Shown here one piece after another: positions 58,957-64,000 of a stretch of 64,000 nt of DNA. The stretch is from positions 358-64,357 of the forward strand of contig CAYUCE010000002.1 of NCBI GenBank assembly GCA_964443275.1, in the 5' to 3' direction. Numbering within the stretch: the first letter of the stretch is position 1; each line of letters starts with the position of its first letter. This DNA comes from an uncultured Thermotogae bacterium. GTDB lineage: Bacteria > Bipolaricaulota > Bipolaricaulia > CAYUCE01. The translations under genes and the position numbers were made by a program. The notes under the pieces were generated by a model. The model was not told the origin of the DNA and did not search any database. It worked only from the letters and a program-made list of their open reading frames with translations.

Positions 58957-59361
58957 ATGGTTGTCCCAAGACGAAAGAGGTTAAATAGAAAACAAAGGTT
59001 ACAAGCTGCAAAGAAATGGATACCAACTTATAACGGTAAGAATTTAGTAAGAGGGTATAGAAAATGGTTTGGAGTGGATTTTATATGTGCGATGACCGAA
59101 TTAGAAATGTTGGGTTATGAGATTGATCCAAAATATAAAGGACAGATTTTAAAGCAGGAAGAAGCCAGAAGAAAAGCTGCTATAGAAAGAAATCAGCGTA
59201 AAGAAGAGAGATTTAATGACAAAGTACCTTGGCAAGATGAGAATTTTTATTTTATAGCGGGATATACATCTGGTGGAGTTCCATATGGTATTACATGGGA
59301 GGAGTATGAAAAAGAGTATAAGGAGACTGATGAAGGATTTTATGTTGAAGAAGATGAATGA
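58957..59361 (+). CDS. Hypothetical protein (basic N-terminus, acidic C-terminus)
   Basis: Track ORF is 58915..59361. The likely start is MVVPRRKRLN. The region is AT-rich with atypical codon usage. Confidence 0.3.
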   Translation: MVVPRRKRLNRKQRLQAAKKWIPTYNGKNLVRGYRKWFGVDFICAMTELEMLGYEIDPKYKGQILKQEEARRKAAIERNQRKEERFNDKVPWQDENFYFIAGYTSGGVPYGITWEEYEKEYKETDEGFYVEEDE

Positions 59362-59511
59362 TATAGATTTTTTGATGGCGATATTCCGTTTTAAGTCCAA
59401 CTTCAGATAGCAAGGTGTTTTCGTGATCACCAAAAAATTGAAAACGGTACAGTACATCTATTAAGCTTCTTATGATTTGAAATCTCATAGATTTAGAATG
59501 GAGGAAAGCTT

Positions 59512-60177
59512 GTGAAGACCTATATCTTCCATGTCTCCCTTCCCGGTACCGGAAGGGTGTGGAGAAAGATCCAGATCCGAGCCGACCAAACCTTGGAGGA
59601 TCTACACTTTGCCATCCAGAAAGCCTATCATTGGGATGCCGATCACCTATACTCCTTTTTTATGAGCGGAAAAGTCTGGGACAAAAAGACCGAATACTGC
59701 CTACCAGAAGGTTACAGTCCATGGGGCAAGCCCATAGATGATATAGGAAGAGCGGAAGATAAAAGTGAAAAAGTGGAAAAACCAGATTCCCACCCACAAA
59801 GGCAGGTCGAGGGACTGGAAGCTAAAAGGAGAGAATGGATGGATAAATTTATGGGAATTGACCGAATCCAAGAGATCCAGGGAGTATCTGAAAAAATTGA
59901 AGAAAAAATTAGGGAGGAAATGGGATCGTTTCTAGGAAGAAAGCTTACCTCAACATGGCGCCGCCCCGTAGAGCCCGGTGATGTGCGCAAAACGAAGATA
60001 GAAGACCTAAAGCTTGAGAAAGGCGATGAGTTTATGTATCTTTTCGATTACGGTGATGACCATCGGTTCAAGGTAAGGGTTCACGGCATCCAAGAAGGTA
60101 GTGAAACCACAGATTATCCTACCGTGGTACAGTCAGTAGGAAAGGCCCCCAAGCAATATCCAGGTTGGGATGGATAA
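59512..60177 (+). CDS. Plasmid pRiA4b ORF-3-like family protein
   Basis: YIFHVSLPGTGRVWRKIQIRADQTLEDLHFAIQKAYHWDADHLYSFF, then a C-terminal YLFDYGDDHRFKVRVHGI. This matches the remembered PF07929 architecture. Confidence 0.5.
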   Translation: MKTYIFHVSLPGTGRVWRKIQIRADQTLEDLHFAIQKAYHWDADHLYSFFMSGKVWDKKTEYCLPEGYSPWGKPIDDIGRAEDKSEKVEKPDSHPQRQVEGLEAKRREWMDKFMGIDRIQEIQGVSEKIEEKIREEMGSFLGRKLTSTWRRPVEPGDVRKTKIEDLKLEKGDEFMYLFDYGDDHRFKVRVHGIQEGSETTDYPTVVQSVGKAPKQYPGWDG

Positions 60178-60243
60178 CCGGCTGCTCCTATAATCGTTGG
60201 AGACCGATCCCAGGTTAGCTAAAATGAATGTCTTATCCCTCGT

Positions 60244-60573
60244 TTACCGGATTTTCCGATGAGTGGGTGGCTCTCCGCCTTTTAGCGGTTGCACATAAGT
60301 TTGATAAAGCTCGCTTTCTGGATTTAGAAGCTCATCAAGCTGGTCCCGGTGGGCAATCCGTTCGTATTTTTTCTCTTCTTTTAGCATCTTAAATATGACT
60401 TGGCTTAGGACCGCGGTCAGCGCATGGATGGCCGCGTGAGGATGCAATTGATGCTTGGATTGTAAGTCCTTAAAGGTTTCTCTTACTTCCTTAACCTCTT
60501 CGATCTGTCCCAGGACCGCTGCATGCATTGCCAGGTGTAACCTGGGATTCCATTCATTTCCCTCTTCATCCAC
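60244..60573 (-). CDS. Hypothetical protein
   Basis: 109 aa, helical and His-rich (HLAMHAAV...HPHAAIHALTAV). No confident family assignment. Confidence 0.3.
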   Translation of the reverse strand: MDEEGNEWNPRLHLAMHAAVLGQIEEVKEVRETFKDLQSKHQLHPHAAIHALTAVLSQVIFKMLKEEKKYERIAHRDQLDELLNPESELYQTYVQPLKGGEPPTHRKIR

Positions 60574-61023
60574 TGCCTTGCTTGTCTCCTGATATTGGTC
60601 AGGATGCTCCCCGCAAGCTCGCTGAAAGTTCTTCTCCCCTTGGATAATTATCCGCCTCCTTTTTTAAAAACTAGCTAAACGAATTCTATGCTCCCCCTAG
60701 ATGACCTATCCTCTCCGACTTATTAAAACACCGCCGTTGCCACCCATATTAGAAAGAAGGTAGATTTAAAGTGTATACGGAAGTTTTCGGTTACAAAAGT
60801 AGCATGGCAACAGAGGTCCATATAACACCTGAACAAAGTAAATCTAATAGATTTTCATAAAAGCCTCTCCTGGGGGTATGAGGACTTGTTGCAGGAAGGA
60901 AAGAGAAAATTTGTAAGGAAATTATCGCCGTATTATGAGATAATCTTGTTCTGTTAGACCTTGGGTAATGGGTAAAAGTTACTTATGTGTTAACTGGTAA
61001 TTTAAAGCTATATAACCATTGGC

Positions 61024-62013
61024 TCATCTGCTGATCCTCACTCTCCCCCCTCCCTGGGCCAGGCTCTCCACCTCTTCCAATGTGGCCCAGTTTATGTCTC
61101 CCGGGTTAGTCTGTTTTATGGCCGAGGTGGCATTTCCGTATTTTACGCCTTTTTGGACGTCACCGGTTAGGTAGCCGTATAAGAAACCGGCAGTGAAAGA
61201 ATCTCCTCCCCCTACCCTATCCACAAGCTCCAGTTCATAGGTCATGTCATCATAGATGGTACCATCCGCATAAGCTATAGCCGTCCAGTTGTTTCGCCAC
61301 ATGGATATGTTCTCTCGTAAAGTAATAGCCACCGCTTCAAAGCCAAATTTGGCCGCCAACTTGTGGGCAACCTCTTCGTAATCTTCTCCCACTATGTCAA
61401 AGACCCTCTCTGTATCCTCTTCCGTAGTCACCAGTATATCAGTATAATCCATCAGACGGGTCATGCATTCTTTAGCTTCTTGTTGGCTCCACAGCTTGGA
61501 ACGATAGTTTAAATCTATACTCACCTTTACTCCCGCACTTTGGGCTGCCTTCAAGGCTTCCTCGGTTACTTCCTCTGTCGACTTACTTAAAGCCGGGGTT
61601 ATACCGCTGGTGTGAAACAGCCGGGTGTCTTTAAAGACCTTTTCCCAATCTACCATGCCCGGTTTTATCTTGCTTATAGCTGAATCTTTCCTATCATAAA
61701 TTACTGCGCTGGGCCTGGGGTTGGCTCCATGTTCTAAAAAATACGTCCCTACCCGATCACCATCCGTCCAAACGATATGCGAGGTATCCACCCCGTGTTC
61801 TCTTACCTTATTTTCCACCATCCGACCTAGGGGGTTGGAAGTAAGTCGAGTAACAAATGCAGTAGTAAGACCTAAACGACGGATAGCAATAGCCACACTC
61901 GATTCACTACCACCTACATTCACATTCATAGTCTCTGTCTGCTCCAGCCTTTTATAATCAGGCGCGGATAACCTGATCATAGTCTCCCCAAAGGTTACTA
62001 TATCATAGCTCAT
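61024..62013 (-). CDS. kdgK: 2-dehydro-3-deoxygluconokinase (PfkB-family sugar kinase)
   Basis: N-terminal DIVTFGETMIRL and the C-terminal GGGDSFTAGFLYG anion-hole motif. It is adjacent to eda. Confidence 0.85.
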   Translation of the reverse strand: MSYDIVTFGETMIRLSAPDYKRLEQTETMNVNVGGSESSVAIAIRRLGLTTAFVTRLTSNPLGRMVENKVREHGVDTSHIVWTDGDRVGTYFLEHGANPRPSAVIYDRKDSAISKIKPGMVDWEKVFKDTRLFHTSGITPALSKSTEEVTEEALKAAQSAGVKVSIDLNYRSKLWSQQEAKECMTRLMDYTDILVTTEEDTERVFDIVGEDYEEVAHKLAAKFGFEAVAITLRENISMWRNNWTAIAYADGTIYDDMTYELELVDRVGGGDSFTAGFLYGYLTGDVQKGVKYGNATSAIKQTNPGDINWATLEEVESLAQGGGRVRISR

Positions 62014-62032
62014 CTTTTCATACCTCCTATTG

Positions 62033-62683
62033 TTACTTTCTGCCTGTCTTTACTGCCTGGATTAATTCTTCAGCATTCTCAGTTAAGACACCAAAATTTC
62101 CTTCCGCTATTGCTTTCTTATCTATCAATGCCGATCCTACGCAAACTACGTCTGCCCCCTTTCTGATAAACTCAGTAGCGTTCTCCTGACTCACTCCCCC
62201 AGTGGGCATAAGCTTAACCTGTGGCAGTGGCGCCTTAACGTCAGATAAAAACTTAGGGCTTAACCTGGCGGCCGGAAATACTTTCACTATGTCCGCCCCC
62301 GCCTGCCAGGCGGTCATTATCTCCGTAGGTGTAAAAGCTCCCGGGGCCACTACCTTACCGTAACGCTTGCACATCTTGATCATCTCTAAGTCAGTGGTTG
62401 GGGATACCAAATATTCCGCCCCTGCCAATATAGCTGACCGAGCAGTCTCCGCATCCAGTACCGTCCCGGCACCGATCAGAACATCTTCTACGTTTCCTGC
62501 CACTTCTTTTATAACCTCTAAGGCATTAGGAGTAGTCATAGCCACTTCAATACACTTAACGCCACCTTCCTGAACGGCCTCGGCCACCTTGAGAAGTTTC
62601 TCTGAACTCTTTGTCCTTATTACCCCCACTACTCCGGTTTCCATCATTAATTCAAAATTATCTTCATTTCCAGATAAATTCAT
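62033..62683 (-). CDS. eda: 2-dehydro-3-deoxyphosphogluconate / 4-hydroxy-2-oxoglutarate aldolase
   Basis: 216 aa TIM-barrel aldolase with VKVFPA and KLMPTGGV motifs. Confidence 0.85.
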   Translation of the reverse strand: MNLSGNEDNFELMMETGVVGVIRTKSSEKLLKVAEAVQEGGVKCIEVAMTTPNALEVIKEVAGNVEDVLIGAGTVLDAETARSAILAGAEYLVSPTTDLEMIKMCKRYGKVVAPGAFTPTEIMTAWQAGADIVKVFPAARLSPKFLSDVKAPLPQVKLMPTGGVSQENATEFIRKGADVVCVGSALIDKKAIAEGNFGVLTENAEELIQAVKTGRK

Positions 62684-62755
62684 GCTTTACCTCCCTTATA
62701 AAATAGTCAATTTCCAAACGGGTATCTTTTTTATCTCCCAGCATCAATTCGTATC

Positions 62756-63667
62756 TCAGGCACCTTCGTTAACTTCACTGAGGAGCTTTTGCAGTTTTTC
62801 TTGAATCAATTGACGTTTATGCCCAGTAGGTACTGGAAGAGGTTTGGTAACAATTGGTTTACATAGACCAAGAGAACTTAGAGCCACTTTTAGGCTCCCC
62901 ACTATTGAGCTTATATTGAAATAGACCTCGGTAAAATCGCAAATTGACCTCTGTAATCGATTTACTTTCTTATACTCTTTGTTGAGAAATTTTCTATATA
63001 GCTCAACATGTAGCTTGGGAACCACGTTAGCAGATCCTGGCATTGTCCCATCAGCTCCCATGAATAAACTGGCTGCTAGCAATGATTCCCAACCTTGGAA
63101 AATCCTGAATTTTTTCCCTCTATAACTTAAAAGCTGTTGGAAGTAAGAAAAATCACCTGAGCTGTCTTTTATTCCTAATACCTTTTCGCTGGAAGAGATT
63201 TTCTCGATAGTCCCTCCCGTAACTTTACTACCAGTGGTCTGAGGAATATTATAGATTATGAGTGGAAGGTTCGTTTTTTCAAGGATCTCCTGGTAATGAT
63301 AAGTAATGCTTTTCTCATTTAAGGGAAAGTAGTATGGGGGAGGGACCACTGCTACATCAACCCCTTTTTTCTCTGCAGTATTTACCATATTAATTGCTTT
63401 TTCAGTGCTTATTGCATCAATACCTGATAAGATTGGAGTAGATTCATCTACCGCTTTAACGGCAATCTCCATTAATTTAATCCTTTCTCCTTCTTCTAAA
63501 GTTGGACATTCACCTACTGATCCTAAGATAAATACAGCACTTACCCTTTCTCCAATAACGTGCTGAATAAGCTTTTGGGTACTCCTTACATCTATGCTCC
63601 TCTCCTTAGTTAAGGGAGTTACCAAAGGGGGTATTACCCCCTTTAATTTATCGGTTTTTTGAAGCAT
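62756..63667 (-). CDS. DapA/NAL-family class-I aldolase (dihydrodipicolinate synthase-like lyase)
   Basis: VIPPLVTPLTKERSIDV...FILGSVGECPTL is the DapA-family N-terminus. It sits in a KDG-cluster context. Length is 303 aa. Confidence 0.7.
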   Translation of the reverse strand: MLQKTDKLKGVIPPLVTPLTKERSIDVRSTQKLIQHVIGERVSAVFILGSVGECPTLEEGERIKLMEIAVKAVDESTPILSGIDAISTEKAINMVNTAEKKGVDVAVVPPPYYFPLNEKSITYHYQEILEKTNLPLIIYNIPQTTGSKVTGGTIEKISSSEKVLGIKDSSGDFSYFQQLLSYRGKKFRIFQGWESLLAASLFMGADGTMPGSANVVPKLHVELYRKFLNKEYKKVNRLQRSICDFTEVYFNISSIVGSLKVALSSLGLCKPIVTKPLPVPTGHKRQLIQEKLQKLLSEVNEGA

Positions 63668-63685
63668 TCTGATTTACTCCTTACC

Positions 63686-64000
63686 TTATAATAAAGTACC
63701 TACTTTCATGTTGCGCAAACTCTGACCTACTTTTATTTTGCACCCCTTTTCCCTCAGCGCTTCCTCAATACCAAATAGAACTGGTATTACTGAGTTGTAA
63801 TTTGCCCCAGGCCCCATATGTCCAACTCTAAAGATCTGCCCACTTAACTCCCCTGGGCTGCCAGAGATTTTTATTTTGTGATGCTTATTTAAAAACTCAA
63901 GCAGCTCATTAACAGAGATTCTCGAATCCGCTCGTACAGAAGTAAGAGTGGGAGAATAATAACCCTCTTTAGGGAAGAGTTTGAAACCGAGATTTTTTAT
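63686..64000 (-). CDS. Class-V aminotransferase (serine-pyruvate/alanine-glyoxylate type), C-terminal part only; N-terminus outside window
   Basis: Minus-strand translation gives ...GSPGELSGQIFRVGHMGPGANYNSVIPVLFGIEEALRE..., with a stop at 63686-63688. Confidence 0.5.
   Translation of the reverse strand: MKNLGFKLFPKEGYYSPTLTSVRADSRISVNELLEFLNKHHKIKISGSPGELSGQIFRVGHMGPGANYNSVIPVLFGIEEALREKGCKIKVGQSLRNMKVGTLL

Noticed and set aside
1-64000. Search for tRNA, rRNA and CRISPR arrays
   Set aside because: No GTTCGAATC-type T-arm contexts with a cloverleaf fit were seen in any intergenic region. There are no regularly spaced direct repeats and no rRNA-like conserved blocks.

Overview
This 64-kb window looks like a bacterial chromosome from a diderm organism (Lol-like and LptD-like genes present) with moderately low GC judged by eye. 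All product calls are from motif recognition without tools. A housekeeping backbone is present: yvcK-like, dnaE, ftsB-like, eno, a group-3 sigma factor, msrAB, metG, an RNase Z-like gene, cysS, mscS, rnhB, an LptF/G-LptD-like giant ORF, comEC, leuS, a phosphohexomutase, uvrC, kdgK, eda and a DapA-like lyase. One accessory block (about 34.6-51.0 kb) carries two transcription regulators (IclR, RpiR), Dpp/Opp-type ABC components without any ATPase, an isochorismatase-family hydrolase, a non-pyrrolysine MttB-superfamily protein, a DapF-like epimerase, an OTC-family carbamoyltransferase, carbamate kinase and a class-III aminotransferase present as two near-identical copies 13.2 kb apart. A second block (51.0-56.2 kb) is a TetR-controlled Lol/MacB-like exporter whose four genes are bracketed by about 79-bp inverted repeats. 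Further signals are a heavily structured 320-nt intergenic element after uvrC, an LptG-LptD single-ORF fusion, a decayed msrAB fragment 1.8 kb from the intact gene, several perfect palindromes and consensus promoters, and an AT-rich islet with a pRiA4b-ORF3-like gene. No tRNA, rRNA or CRISPR arrays were found.
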